Shown here piece after piece: positions 11,247 to 20,629 of a DNA stretch of 64,000 nucleotides. The first letter of the stretch is position 1. Each line of letters starts with the position of its first letter. The notes under the pieces were generated by a model, which worked only from the letters and a program-made list of their open reading frames with translations, made no database searches and had not been told where the DNA came from. The DNA is from Patescibacteria group bacterium (GTDB taxonomy: Bacteria > Patescibacteriota > Gracilibacteria > UBA4473): assembly GCA_965660445.1 (NCBI GenBank), contig CBFIAK010000001.1:544001-608000 (forward strand), written 5' to 3'. Position numbers and translations under genes: made by a program.

Positions 11247-12968
11247 CTATTGATTTATATTAAACGGAGCCGTATTGAGAAATTGATCATTTATGAAATC
11301 AATATCTTCATTTGGGTTGTCGAAATCAATATCTATATTTGTATTTGGAATTACATAGTCAGGATCGCATTCTGTTGGGTGTACATATGCATTTCCATTT
11401 CGATCAACACAAACATATCCTCCTTTACCAGTTGAAGGCATTGGGAGCTTATGAAGCACTCCGCCTGTTTCGCCGGAAGCATATGGTTTTGCGACGACCA
11501 GCGGAGAATGAACACGATTCATATGTCGAATACGAGCATATCCATTGACATCAATTTTATGTGTTGGTGAAAGTGTTCCGAGCCCGAGTCGACCACTCAA
11601 CACGCCTCCATCAGTGTACCGAGTGAGTATCATTACCGGATTATATCGCAAATCCCAATGACTACTAAATCGGAAACTTCTATCGTCTCCCCAAAGCCCA
11701 ATATCCCAACTCGCTTCGTTGCCAACACCAAGGTTCGAAAACTGAACGGTTGCGTTTCCGTTTTGAATAGGGGCTCCGTTTTGTGTTTTTCCAGAATGAA
11801 CAATTGCTACTTCTGGCACATATCCATAAGCAATAATATCACCTTCTAGGTGAGAGGCTCCCACAGTTAGATCTCCTGATGGGTTGTCGTTTCCAATGCC
11901 TACATATCCATTAGGAGCAATAAAGAAATCCTTTCGTTCATTTGGTTTTCCTTGTGGGCTTGCCGCTGTAGAGAGTAAGATAGAATCTTGCTTGTTATTT
12001 AATCCTCCTCGCCCTAAGACGAAAGAATTCTTCCCGATAGCTTTTGTTCCTTCGCCAATCGCTACAGAATTCATTTCCCTTGCTTCTGAGTTTTCTCCTT
12101 GTGCAAACGATTTTTCTCCAATAGATTTTGATCCCGGACCATGTGCTACAGAATAAAATCCAGTTGCTTCTCCTCCTCCTGTAGCGAGTGATCTTTCTCC
12201 TGCTGCTTGACTGAATGGTCCAATAGCAAGACTTTTGTGTATATATGCATCACCAACACCACCAACATGAAGCTGATGAAGAGGCGCTGTTGTTCCAATC
12301 CCGACAGCTCGTTGACTTGTATTGTACATATTTCCACTTGGGAGTTCTGTCCAAAGTCCATCTCCAGAAAGAGAGGAAAGGTCTATATTTACAACGGTTC
12401 CGTCTTTGAGGGTGAGTCGTAGAGTTGTTCCGTTGAGAGTTGCTTCATCAAGAGCATTATCGGCAGCACACGTCCAAGCCGATCCGTTCCATTTTAAGAT
12501 TTGATTTTGTGTATTACAATTCGGCAGACTTCCACTTCCACTCCCTGTTAAATCAGAATCACAGCTCCATGATGACCCATTCCATTTGAGTATCTCTCCG
12601 TTTTGACACGAAAGCATTTGATCACAATCTTGGAGTACTCCTTGTGCGTCAGCACAAACTGGGCTTGTGGTGAGTGAGCGTACTCGAGCTTGTCCAGCAA
12701 CATCAATTCTATGAGTAGGTGATTTTGTTCCAAGTCCTACATTTCCATCATCATTACTCATTTCATAAAGAGTTTTTACAAGCGCATTAAATTCACTTGC
12801 TTGATATATATCACCATCTTTTTTAGGATCATCTAGATCCATGGTAGAAGGTGGCGTTGGGAGGCTTCCATTAATCCAGTCGACATAAACACTGCTTGTT
12901 TGTGCAAAAACAGGGATAGCAAAGAGGAGAAGTGAGAAAAGACAAAGACGTGAGAAAAACTGTTTCAT
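11247..12968 (-). CDS. Secreted tail-fibre-like / trimeric adhesin-like protein
   Basis: Signal peptide; four G(L/I)GT/N.SP repeats; two C..ILKWNGS.W.C repeats; YadA-head-like ~14-aa repeats (GEKSFAQGENSEA, GKNSFVLG). Confidence 0.75.
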   Translation of the reverse strand: MKQFFSRLCLFSLLLFAIPVFAQTSSVYVDWINGSLPTPPSTMDLDDPKKDGDIYQASEFNALVKTLYEMSNDDGNVGLGTKSPTHRIDVAGQARVRSLTTSPVCADAQGVLQDCDQMLSCQNGEILKWNGSSWSCDSDLTGSGSGSLPNCNTQNQILKWNGSAWTCAADNALDEATLNGTTLRLTLKDGTVVNIDLSSLSGDGLWTELPSGNMYNTSQRAVGIGTTAPLHQLHVGGVGDAYIHKSLAIGPFSQAAGERSLATGGGEATGFYSVAHGPGSKSIGEKSFAQGENSEAREMNSVAIGEGTKAIGKNSFVLGRGGLNNKQDSILLSTAASPQGKPNERKDFFIAPNGYVGIGNDNPSGDLTVGASHLEGDIIAYGYVPEVAIVHSGKTQNGAPIQNGNATVQFSNLGVGNEASWDIGLWGDDRSFRFSSHWDLRYNPVMILTRYTDGGVLSGRLGLGTLSPTHKIDVNGYARIRHMNRVHSPLVVAKPYASGETGGVLHKLPMPSTGKGGYVCVDRNGNAYVHPTECDPDYVIPNTNIDIDFDNPNEDIDFINDQFLNTAPFNINQ

Positions 12969-13088
12969 GAAGAAAGAAAATATGAATCCCCTTCATTGTC
13001 TCTTTTTGAAAACAGTCTGTCAAATATTGTTTATTTTTTAAAAATATTTGAGTATTGTAGAAAAAAGATATACAAAGAGAGTGTTTGC

Positions 13089-13994
13089 ATGGAAAAAATA
13101 GAATCGACACTCAAAGGTATTGTTATTCATGGGTTTTCGTTTGGAAAATCATTTGATGATATTTTAATTACGAATGTTGTGTTGCAAAAAGGTGCACAAC
13201 AAGTAAAAGAAGGGCTTTATTTTGTGCTCGTAGATCTTTTGGATTTTTCTGAATCTAAAAATGCGCTTATGTATGTTCCAAAAGAATCAGTTTTTCATAA
13301 TAAGAATACAGTAGAGCTTCATATACTCGATTTTCGTGAACCTATTGTGGATTGTGAAGTTTCTATTCGTGTACAAAAAAAGAAACGTAATACTCAACAT
13401 TTTGATAGTATTGATCACCTTCTCAAACAAATGCGACAAGATATTATATGGGCTCGAAAATATTTTTTAAGAGATGTTTTGCGAAAAACATGGGAATCTA
13501 TAAATGATTTCGATCGTTTTGATATGGGAAAACGAGCTATTGCTTTTTTTGAATCGAACGAGTATTTTTTATCTGCAAAAAGAGTTTTTGTGTATGCTCC
13601 CCGTCGAGATGAAATAAATTTTGTTCAAAAATTGTGTTCAAAATTCAAAGAAAAGAATTATTATTTCCCGCGTATTGAGAATGATGATATGTGTTTTTAT
13701 CCAGCTCTTTTTGAAGATTTAAAACCCGGAAAATTCGGTATATTGGAGCCTCCCAAAAAAGAAAAACACATCGTTCCTTCCCAGAAGAATGATGTGCTTA
13801 TTATTCCTGCTGTCGCTATTGATTATCAGAAGAATAGAATCGGAAAAGGAGCAGGATACTATGATCGTTTTTTACAAAAGCACGATGTACATACTATTGC
13901 GGTTATTCCAGATTTTGCGTATGTCAAAACAATTCCTTCTGAACCGCATGACAAACCAGTTGATACAGTGTTTGTTGTTCCTGTGCGATCATAG
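13089..13994 (+). CDS. Fusion of a degenerate riboflavin-kinase-like domain and 5-formyltetrahydrofolate cyclo-ligase
   Basis: N-terminal GIVIHG..G.Y..ELHILDF..F.SID.L..QM.QDI; C-terminal GKFGILEP, IIPAVAID, RIGKGAGYYDRFL, EPHDKPVD. Confidence 0.8.
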   Translation: MEKIESTLKGIVIHGFSFGKSFDDILITNVVLQKGAQQVKEGLYFVLVDLLDFSESKNALMYVPKESVFHNKNTVELHILDFREPIVDCEVSIRVQKKKRNTQHFDSIDHLLKQMRQDIIWARKYFLRDVLRKTWESINDFDRFDMGKRAIAFFESNEYFLSAKRVFVYAPRRDEINFVQKLCSKFKEKNYYFPRIENDDMCFYPALFEDLKPGKFGILEPPKKEKHIVPSQKNDVLIIPAVAIDYQKNRIGKGAGYYDRFLQKHDVHTIAVIPDFAYVKTIPSEPHDKPVDTVFVVPVRS

Positions 13995-14000
13995 GCATAC

Positions 14001-15284
14001 TTATCGTCGTAGATATTTTTCAACGGCTTTCATAACCGCTTCTGCTTGTTCAATGGTAATACCAATTTCTGCAAGTTCTGCCGCTTTGAGTCCTTCAAAT
14101 TGTTTGATTTGAGAAAGCCCCATTTCTTTCAAAAGGCTAATAACTTCTGTTTCTACACCTTCAAGGGAATCAATTGTTACTTTTTCCGAAACTTCTTTGA
14201 TTTGTTTTTGTTGAGGTGCTTTTTCTGTTTCTTCTTCAATTGGACCGTCGTAGGTAATAACGTCTACAGGGAGATCTATGAGGTTTCCGGCAAGTCGTAC
14301 ATTTTGCCCTCCTCGTCCAATGGTCAGAGCCCGATCTTCTTCGCGTACGAATATCTGAACTCTCTCTTCATTCCGGTCTCCTTTTTTAAACTCTACTTTC
14401 GCTATTTTTGATGGGGCAAGGGCTGCGATAAGAAGTTTCTTTTTATCTTCGTAATATTGAATCACGTCAAGTCGTTCATCGCCTACTTCTTCCATAACAG
14501 TATTGATTCGAGATCCTCGTTGTCCGACAAATGCCCCCACTGGATCTACAGAATTGTCATATGAATTAACCGCTATTTTGCACCGAACTCCTGGTTCTCG
14601 TGTCATTTTCTCAATAAAAACAATATCCTCTCTCATTTCAGGAATTTCTTGTTCAAAAAGAGCTTTTATGAAATTGTGTGAGGATCTTGTTATTTTGAGT
14701 TGAGGACCTTTCGTTGTTGATTCTACTCGTTCAAGATACACTTTAATTCGTTGTCCTGTGAAATATCGTTCATTTGGAATTTGTTGTGATTTTGGAAGAA
14801 GTGTTGAAACGCCATCAATCTCTAACAGTACAGCATCTCGATCAACTTTTTGAACGCGTGCGTTGAGCAACGTTCCTTCTTTGTCTTTGAATTTCTTGAA
14901 GAGCATGTCGCGTTCAGATTCTTGTATTTTTTGATTGATAATATGTTTTGCTGTTTGTGCAGATATACGCCCAAATTGTTCATGTGGTGGAACGGGCATA
15001 AATATAGAGTCTCCAATAGAGGCGTCTGGACGAATAAGCTTTGCTTCTTTTTCTGTAATTTCTTGTTCGTAATCGTTTACTTTCTGAACAACGGTTCGTA
15101 TTTCAAATATTTTCATATCACTAATATCATCTCCAAGGACAACCTTTACTTGTAAATTTGGACTTCCAAAATCTTTTTTATAGGCAATTGCAATAGCATT
15201 TTCGATAGCCTCAATGATAACATCGCGATTGAGGTTTTTTTCAGCACAGAGCTGATTAATAGCGGCTTGGAGTCGACTTTGCAT
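14001..15284 (-). CDS. nusA: Transcription termination/antitermination factor NusA
   Basis: FGRISAQTAK, S1 domain, LFEQEIPE, DPVGAFVGQRGSRI, IGRGGQNVRLA; C-terminal HhH-like extension. Confidence 0.97.
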   Translation of the reverse strand: MQSRLQAAINQLCAEKNLNRDVIIEAIENAIAIAYKKDFGSPNLQVKVVLGDDISDMKIFEIRTVVQKVNDYEQEITEKEAKLIRPDASIGDSIFMPVPPHEQFGRISAQTAKHIINQKIQESERDMLFKKFKDKEGTLLNARVQKVDRDAVLLEIDGVSTLLPKSQQIPNERYFTGQRIKVYLERVESTTKGPQLKITRSSHNFIKALFEQEIPEMREDIVFIEKMTREPGVRCKIAVNSYDNSVDPVGAFVGQRGSRINTVMEEVGDERLDVIQYYEDKKKLLIAALAPSKIAKVEFKKGDRNEERVQIFVREEDRALTIGRGGQNVRLAGNLIDLPVDVITYDGPIEEETEKAPQQKQIKEVSEKVTIDSLEGVETEVISLLKEMGLSQIKQFEGLKAAELAEIGITIEQAEAVMKAVEKYLRR

Positions 15285-15322
15285 GAGAAGTGGAAAATAT
15301 GAAAATATAAAAAAGAGGTATG

Positions 15323-15361
15323 AAAAAAAGTCGACGATATGAAAAATATATCATCAACTTT
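15323..15361 (-). promoter_or_regulatory. Terminator-like hairpin in the nusA 5' leader (possible attenuator)
   Basis: Minus strand AAAGTTGATGATAT/ATATCGTCGACTTT stem with a T7 tract, lying between a TTGACA (15401-15406, minus) and the nusA ATG. Confidence 0.55.
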
Positions 15362-15413
15362 CTTTTGTTTTCGAAACCATTATTGTAAATATTTAAAGCA
15401 TGTCAAGTTTTTT

Positions 15414-15481
15414 TTGACAGAATTTCAAAAATATTTAAATTGTTATCATATTGTTTTTTTACACTTAAATAAATAAGGAGG
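15414..15481 (+). promoter_or_regulatory. Sigma70 promoter and Shine-Dalgarno of the 58-aa ORF
   Basis: TTGACA(15414)-16 nt-TAAATT(15436); TAAGGAGG at 15474-15481. Confidence 0.55.
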
Positions 15482-15485
15482 CGTT

Positions 15486-15662
15486 ATGCAGTCGCAAAAA
15501 TGCATTGTCGTCAAGTACTCTCCAATTTTAGGTATGCATCACACATTGGTTCCTCTAAAACCAATGGTGAATCTCGGAATTTTTCAACCGAAACAATTTA
15601 TTGGGAAGCCCTATAAGCATAATACGTATTATCATAGACGTATGATGAATGGTCGTAACTAA
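15486..15662 (+). CDS. Small basic hypothetical protein (58 aa, absent from the ORF track)
   Basis: MQSQKCIVVKYSPILGMHHTLVPLKPMVNLGIFQPKQFIGKPYKHNTYYHRRMMNGRN; perfect SD, upstream promoter, downstream terminator. Confidence 0.6.
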   Translation: MQSQKCIVVKYSPILGMHHTLVPLKPMVNLGIFQPKQFIGKPYKHNTYYHRRMMNGRN

Positions 15663-15676
15663 ACATTTTACCCTAT

Positions 15677-15711
15677 AGCCTGTATTCTCATGGAATACAG
15701 GTTGTTTTTTT
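15677..15711 (+). terminator. Intrinsic terminator after the 58-aa ORF
   Basis: CCTGTATTC/GAATACAGG stem followed by TTGTTTTTTT. Confidence 0.7.
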
Positions 15712-15713
15712 GC

Positions 15714-15752
15714 TTGACTTTTTACTTAGCAGTCTTATATTGAGAGTGCTAA
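15714..15752 (+). promoter_or_regulatory. clpB promoter overlapped by a CIRCE (HrcA operator)
   Basis: TTAGCAGTC-N9-GAGTGCTAA at 15726-15752 (one mismatch to consensus); TTGACT(15714)-16 nt-TATATT(15736). Confidence 0.9.
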
Positions 15753-15766
15753 TAATTCTTTGTATT

Positions 15767-18301
15767 ATGAATTTTGAAAAATGGACAGAATCGGCATCGA
15801 AGGTGATTGCGTACGCACAAAATAGTGCGCACGAATACAAGTCTTCATCTTTAGAGGTTGACCATATTCTTCTTGGGGTATTAGAAGAAGGAGGAGATTT
15901 TCTTATGAGAGCTTTGCGAAACACTGGAGGAAATATGGAATCGTTAAAGAATGATATTCGAGACAAAATATCTCATTTGCCTCAAACAGATACAGTTCAA
16001 AGAATGCCGAGTCGTGATTGTGATTTTGTAATTCGAGAATCTGAAAATCAACGCAAGAAAATGGGCGACGAATTTGTTTCAGTTGAACATATTTTATTAT
16101 CTGTGTATAAGGGGCGTTCAACGGCTAAAGAACTCTTAGTTTCTCATGGATTTACTCATGAATTGGTGTTGCAATCTATTCTTGATTTGCGTGGTGGTGA
16201 GAAAGTAGATTCAATGGATGGTCACGAAAAATTTCAAGCACTTGAAAAGTATTGTGTGGATTTTACTGATATGGCAGAGCGTGGAAAGATTGATCCTATT
16301 ATCGGTCGAGATGAAGAAATTCGGAGAACAATTCAAATTCTTTCACGAAGAACAAAAAATAATCCAGTTCTTGTGGGAGATCCCGGAGTTGGAAAAACAG
16401 CCATTGTTGAAGGATTGGCTTTTCAAATTTTTAAGAAACAAGTACCAGAATCTTTGCAAAATAAGAAAGTATTGATGCTTGATATGGCATCATTAGTTGC
16501 GGGAGCGAAATATAGAGGTGAATTTGAAGATCGATTAAAAAATGTTGTAAAACATATCGAAAAGTCAGAAGGGAGAATTATCCTCTTTATAGACGAGATT
16601 CATACTATTGTTGGGGCAGGAGCTTCTGAAGGATCAATGGATGCCAGTAATATTTTAAAACCAGCGCTTGCTCGAGGTCTCCTTCATTGTGTTGGAGCAA
16701 CAACAATGAATGAGTATAGAAAATATATTGAAAAAGATGCGGCACTTGAACGACGATTTCAACCGATTTTAGTAGAAGAGCCAACTCTAGAGGAAGCTAT
16801 TGCTATCGTGCGTGGAATAAAAGAAAAATATGAAGTGCATCATCGAGTTCGGATTACTGATGATGCTTTAATTGCTTCGGTGAATTTATCGGTTCGATAC
16901 TTAACCGATAGAAAATTACCAGATAAGGCTATTGATTTGATTGATGAGGCTATGAGTCGCTTAAAACTTCAGATTGAATCAGAACCAGAATCGGTTTCGG
17001 TTTTGAAAAAAAAGATTTTAACACTGCAAATAGAAAAAGCAGCCCTTCAGAAAGAAGGAAAAAAGAAAAAACGTCTTGATGATATAGAACAGGAACTGAA
17101 GATACAAACAGAAGAATTAAAAAATATTCAGTCACAATGGGAGTCTGAGAAAAAAAATGTACGAACTATCTCTCAACTAAAAGAACAGCTTGATGAAAAA
17201 TATAGGTTAGCCGAAAAAGCCGAAAAGGTGTCCGATTATCAAACTGTTGCTGAGATTCGACATGGCGATATACCTCGAATTCAAAACGAAATACAGTTAT
17301 TGGAAAAAAGAGAAACAGAGAATGCTTTATTACGAGAAGAGATTACAGAATACGATATTGCTGAAATTATCGCTCGTTGGACAGGAATTCCCGCTCAAAA
17401 ATTAACAGAAAGTGATTCTAATCGATTATTACATCTTGAGTCTCATTTACAAAAAAGAGTGATTGGACAAGAAGAAGCCGTTCGTTCGGTTTCAAATGCT
17501 ATTCGTAGATCACATGCCGGTTTGAGTTCTGGTAAACGTCCGATTGCTTCATTTCTCTTTTTGGGACCGACAGGTGTTGGGAAAACAGAATTGGCGAAAG
17601 CATTAGCAGAAAACTTATTTGATACTGAAGAAGCTTTAATTCGGTTTGATATGTCTGAATACATGGAATCCCATTCAGTTTCAAAATTTATCGGTTCGCC
17701 TCCCGGATATGTTGGATATGAAGAAGAAGGGCAATTAACTGGGAAAGTGAGACGTCGACCTTATAGTGTAGTTCTTTTTGATGAAGTTGAAAAAGCCCAC
17801 AGAGATGTATTTCATTTGTTTTTACAAATTCTCGATGAAGGTCATCTCACTGATGCAAAAGGACGAAAAGTAAACTTTAAAAACACAATCATTCTTCTCA
17901 CCTCAAATCTGGCGAGTCATGTGTTTGCAGATGGAAAGGTACCAGAAAAAACAACGCTTTTAAAAGAATTAAGTCAGTTTTTTCGTCCAGAGTTTTTGAA
18001 TCGACTTGATGATATACTTGCTTTCCATCCACTCAGTGAAGAAATGATGGATAAAGTTCTTGATATCCAGTTAAAAGAAATTCAACACAGGCTTCTCGAT
18101 CACGATATAAAACTGACTCTTACGAAAACAGCTCATAAGGAACTTTCAAAAAAAGGATATGATCCAGTTTTTGGAGCTCGACCTTTGCGAAGAGTTTTGG
18201 AACAAGAAATTTTAAATCCTTTAGCAGAAAAGATATTAATGAAAACAATATCAAGTCATATTACGCTTGATTATAAAAATAATGTATTTGTGTGGAATTA
18301 A
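15767..18301 (+). CDS. clpB: ATP-dependent chaperone ClpB
   Basis: Two AAA+ modules (GDPGVGKT, GPTGVGKT), long coiled-coil middle domain, GYVGY pore loop; start at MNFEKWT. Confidence 0.96.
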   Translation: MNFEKWTESASKVIAYAQNSAHEYKSSSLEVDHILLGVLEEGGDFLMRALRNTGGNMESLKNDIRDKISHLPQTDTVQRMPSRDCDFVIRESENQRKKMGDEFVSVEHILLSVYKGRSTAKELLVSHGFTHELVLQSILDLRGGEKVDSMDGHEKFQALEKYCVDFTDMAERGKIDPIIGRDEEIRRTIQILSRRTKNNPVLVGDPGVGKTAIVEGLAFQIFKKQVPESLQNKKVLMLDMASLVAGAKYRGEFEDRLKNVVKHIEKSEGRIILFIDEIHTIVGAGASEGSMDASNILKPALARGLLHCVGATTMNEYRKYIEKDAALERRFQPILVEEPTLEEAIAIVRGIKEKYEVHHRVRITDDALIASVNLSVRYLTDRKLPDKAIDLIDEAMSRLKLQIESEPESVSVLKKKILTLQIEKAALQKEGKKKKRLDDIEQELKIQTEELKNIQSQWESEKKNVRTISQLKEQLDEKYRLAEKAEKVSDYQTVAEIRHGDIPRIQNEIQLLEKRETENALLREEITEYDIAEIIARWTGIPAQKLTESDSNRLLHLESHLQKRVIGQEEAVRSVSNAIRRSHAGLSSGKRPIASFLFLGPTGVGKTELAKALAENLFDTEEALIRFDMSEYMESHSVSKFIGSPPGYVGYEEEGQLTGKVRRRPYSVVLFDEVEKAHRDVFHLFLQILDEGHLTDAKGRKVNFKNTIILLTSNLASHVFADGKVPEKTTLLKELSQFFRPEFLNRLDDILAFHPLSEEMMDKVLDIQLKEIQHRLLDHDIKLTLTKTAHKELSKKGYDPVFGARPLRRVLEQEILNPLAEKILMKTISSHITLDYKNNVFVWN

Positions 18302-18328
18302 AAAAACCCCTCTTTATAAAAGAGGGGT
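18301..18328. terminator. Terminator hairpin between convergent genes
   Basis: ACCCCTCTTT/AAAGAGGGGT stem with a preceding A-run. Confidence 0.7.
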
Positions 18329-18339
18329 ATAGAGAAAAA

Positions 18340-19707
18340 TTATTGAAAATAAAGACCATATTGGTCACTGATATTGATAGGAGTTTGTAAGATATAGGTC
18401 ACAACTTTCCTGTCTTTTGGGTTTAATCCCGGAATGACAAGTCCGTCGATTATACCAATATGAGAGTCTCCCACAATACTACGTTGCATTGCCCATTTAA
18501 TAAATGATGCCCGTAGATTCGGTAAATTATCGTTTTGGACAGGGTTGGAATAACGGGGTTGACCTTTAACAGTCAACTGTGATTGAAAATTTTCACGATA
18601 AAAACAAAAAGGACGCATATCGTATATATTTCGTTCCATCTGGTCCATCTCACTTATTCCTTTGCAGTTTGTTCCTCCATCCGCAGAGCCCTGTATGAGG
18701 AGTGCAAAATGGTTTTTAGTGTCTTCAAGTTTTTCCAGGTCTTTGTATATTTCACTTATAAGGGGAGTCCATGTCTGTTTATAAAAATCAGAATGAAGAT
18801 CCACTAAATCATCAAGTGTCCATTTACAAAGTGGGAAGAAAAACTGTCCTTTTTGGAATATGTTGTTGAGTTTTCCCTTGTGCTGAGATTTGTATTTACT
18901 GATGTCCCAATCAGTCGGATAGAGCCAAGCATCAACGGCTTTCCCATCAATTATGATTTCTATTTTGACAGGGGATCCAGGAACAAAAGTTCCGTTGGCT
19001 ATCAATGGAAACTGTATGATTGGTTTAAACTGAATTTCAGTTGGAGGTTCGAATTCTTGTGTTTTTGGAACCTCTATTTTTACACAATCACAATTATTTT
19101 CACTGAATTTATATCCAGGAGGACATTGTGTTTCAGTTTTGCCACAACAAGATTCATAGGTTATCTCAATAGGATTCGAGAAAACATATTCATCGATTTT
19201 ATTGTGTTTAATCATAATACTGCCGTATACCGTGGATTGCGATGAGAGTATTTCATCAGGAACGGTGAATGGAACGGAAAAAAGCCATGGTTCATCGTCT
19301 TGAGTACTTCTCACCTGATGTGCAAAGTTTTTCTCAGTTTTTTGATAATTGAGAGAAACCGATTGAAAAGTAGTTTGTTCGACTTTTACTTTATCCGTAT
19401 GAAATACGAATGAAATATCTGCATCTTCTGCAAAATTATCAATAATGTATTGTTTTACTTCTGCTATACTCTCGAATTCTCGAGAAAAGAGAAGCCATTT
19501 CGATTTTCGAAATGATTTATTTTCATGGAGTTGATATGGAAAAGAGAATTCTATATCAATCGTGCGTTTATGTTTACTGTAACACATTTCTGTGTTTGAA
19601 AACCTGACGCCACGACGCAGTGCTTCAGATATCTCAAATTGAGAACATGAAACTATGAAAAGTATTATGAGTGTTACACTCATATACGAAAATATGCGAG
19701 TCTTCAT
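18340..19707 (-). CDS. Putative lipoprotein with a Cys-rich module and an OmpA/MotB-like C-terminal domain
   Basis: Lipobox-like FIVSC; CC..QCPPGY....CDC; LLIQGSADG...NDNLPNLRA...KDRKVV; AAAGGAG SD. Confidence 0.6.
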   Translation of the reverse strand: MKTRIFSYMSVTLIILFIVSCSQFEISEALRRGVRFSNTEMCYSKHKRTIDIEFSFPYQLHENKSFRKSKWLLFSREFESIAEVKQYIIDNFAEDADISFVFHTDKVKVEQTTFQSVSLNYQKTEKNFAHQVRSTQDDEPWLFSVPFTVPDEILSSQSTVYGSIMIKHNKIDEYVFSNPIEITYESCCGKTETQCPPGYKFSENNCDCVKIEVPKTQEFEPPTEIQFKPIIQFPLIANGTFVPGSPVKIEIIIDGKAVDAWLYPTDWDISKYKSQHKGKLNNIFQKGQFFFPLCKWTLDDLVDLHSDFYKQTWTPLISEIYKDLEKLEDTKNHFALLIQGSADGGTNCKGISEMDQMERNIYDMRPFCFYRENFQSQLTVKGQPRYSNPVQNDNLPNLRASFIKWAMQRSIVGDSHIGIIDGLVIPGLNPKDRKVVTYILQTPINISDQYGLYFQ

Positions 19708-19840
19708 ACTCGTCTCCTTTGTTAAATGAATAATAATTTTTCTGTCAAAGAACGATTTTCTAAAGAAAATGAATTTCTATAAAAAACATAAGTATGAATA
19801 AATACTATTTTGTCATTTGTCAATACTTATTTTGTATTCT

Positions 19841-20611
19841 TTACTGTGTTTGGAGTGATATGCCCACAAGTCTCCATAACTCATCTTCATAGATATATTG
19901 AAGGCTGAATATAGCTTTTTGTGTTTTAGTGTCTATTGATCCTTCAAGGATAAGTATATGTAATCCTTCATTGCTTTGTGCTATTTTTGGTGGGTTTATG
20001 AGTGTGATAGGAGCTGTTTTGATATATTCGAAATTCTTTTTGCTGTCTTCCAAGAGAATATAGTTTTCAAAAGCGTTATGAAATTCTTGAAGGGTAAGTT
20101 TGTTTTTCCAGTGTTGAGCGAGTGAGTTGTAACTTGGTGAAAAATCTTTTTGGAGTACATCGTTGAAAAATCGGTTGAGTGTCGTGCGAATAAGGTCTTC
20201 ATATTCAGTCTGTTCTGGTAATTGAATATCATTTGAAAAAAACGGATCAGAAAAGGTGATGGCAATGATTTTCCATTGGTCAGCCGTTTTAATGAACTGC
20301 AATGCCGTATTTATCGCCGTTTCGTTTTGAAAATGAAGCGTGGCGGTTATGTTCCCCGTTTCGTTTTCAAAATGAGCTTCATTCCATTCAATCCTTCGAA
20401 TATTTTGAAGTTTATGTTGTGTGATGGTGTATTGAAATCCTTCAAATGTAGTGGATTTGCGAAACTCTGGTGAAGTCATATTGAATGCTTTTTTGAGTTC
20501 TCCTTGATGAATAAAAGTAAAAAACGATTCGCCAAGCGTAAAAGCATTACTACATCCAGTGAGTGTAAATATGCACAAAAATGCAAAGACAATGGTTTTT
20601 AATAATTTCAT
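19841..20611 (-). CDS. Putative lipoprotein with two tandem NTF2-like (DUF3887/DUF4864-like) domains
   Basis: Lipobox LTGC; both halves show FF...(A/S)(F/Y)N......K..T...F and end in W(K/R)(I/L)..I. Confidence 0.65.
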   Translation of the reverse strand: MKLLKTIVFAFLCIFTLTGCSNAFTLGESFFTFIHQGELKKAFNMTSPEFRKSTTFEGFQYTITQHKLQNIRRIEWNEAHFENETGNITATLHFQNETAINTALQFIKTADQWKIIAITFSDPFFSNDIQLPEQTEYEDLIRTTLNRFFNDVLQKDFSPSYNSLAQHWKNKLTLQEFHNAFENYILLEDSKKNFEYIKTAPITLINPPKIAQSNEGLHILILEGSIDTKTQKAIFSLQYIYEDELWRLVGISLQTQ

Positions 20612-20629
20612 AAATATAGCAGAAAATAT

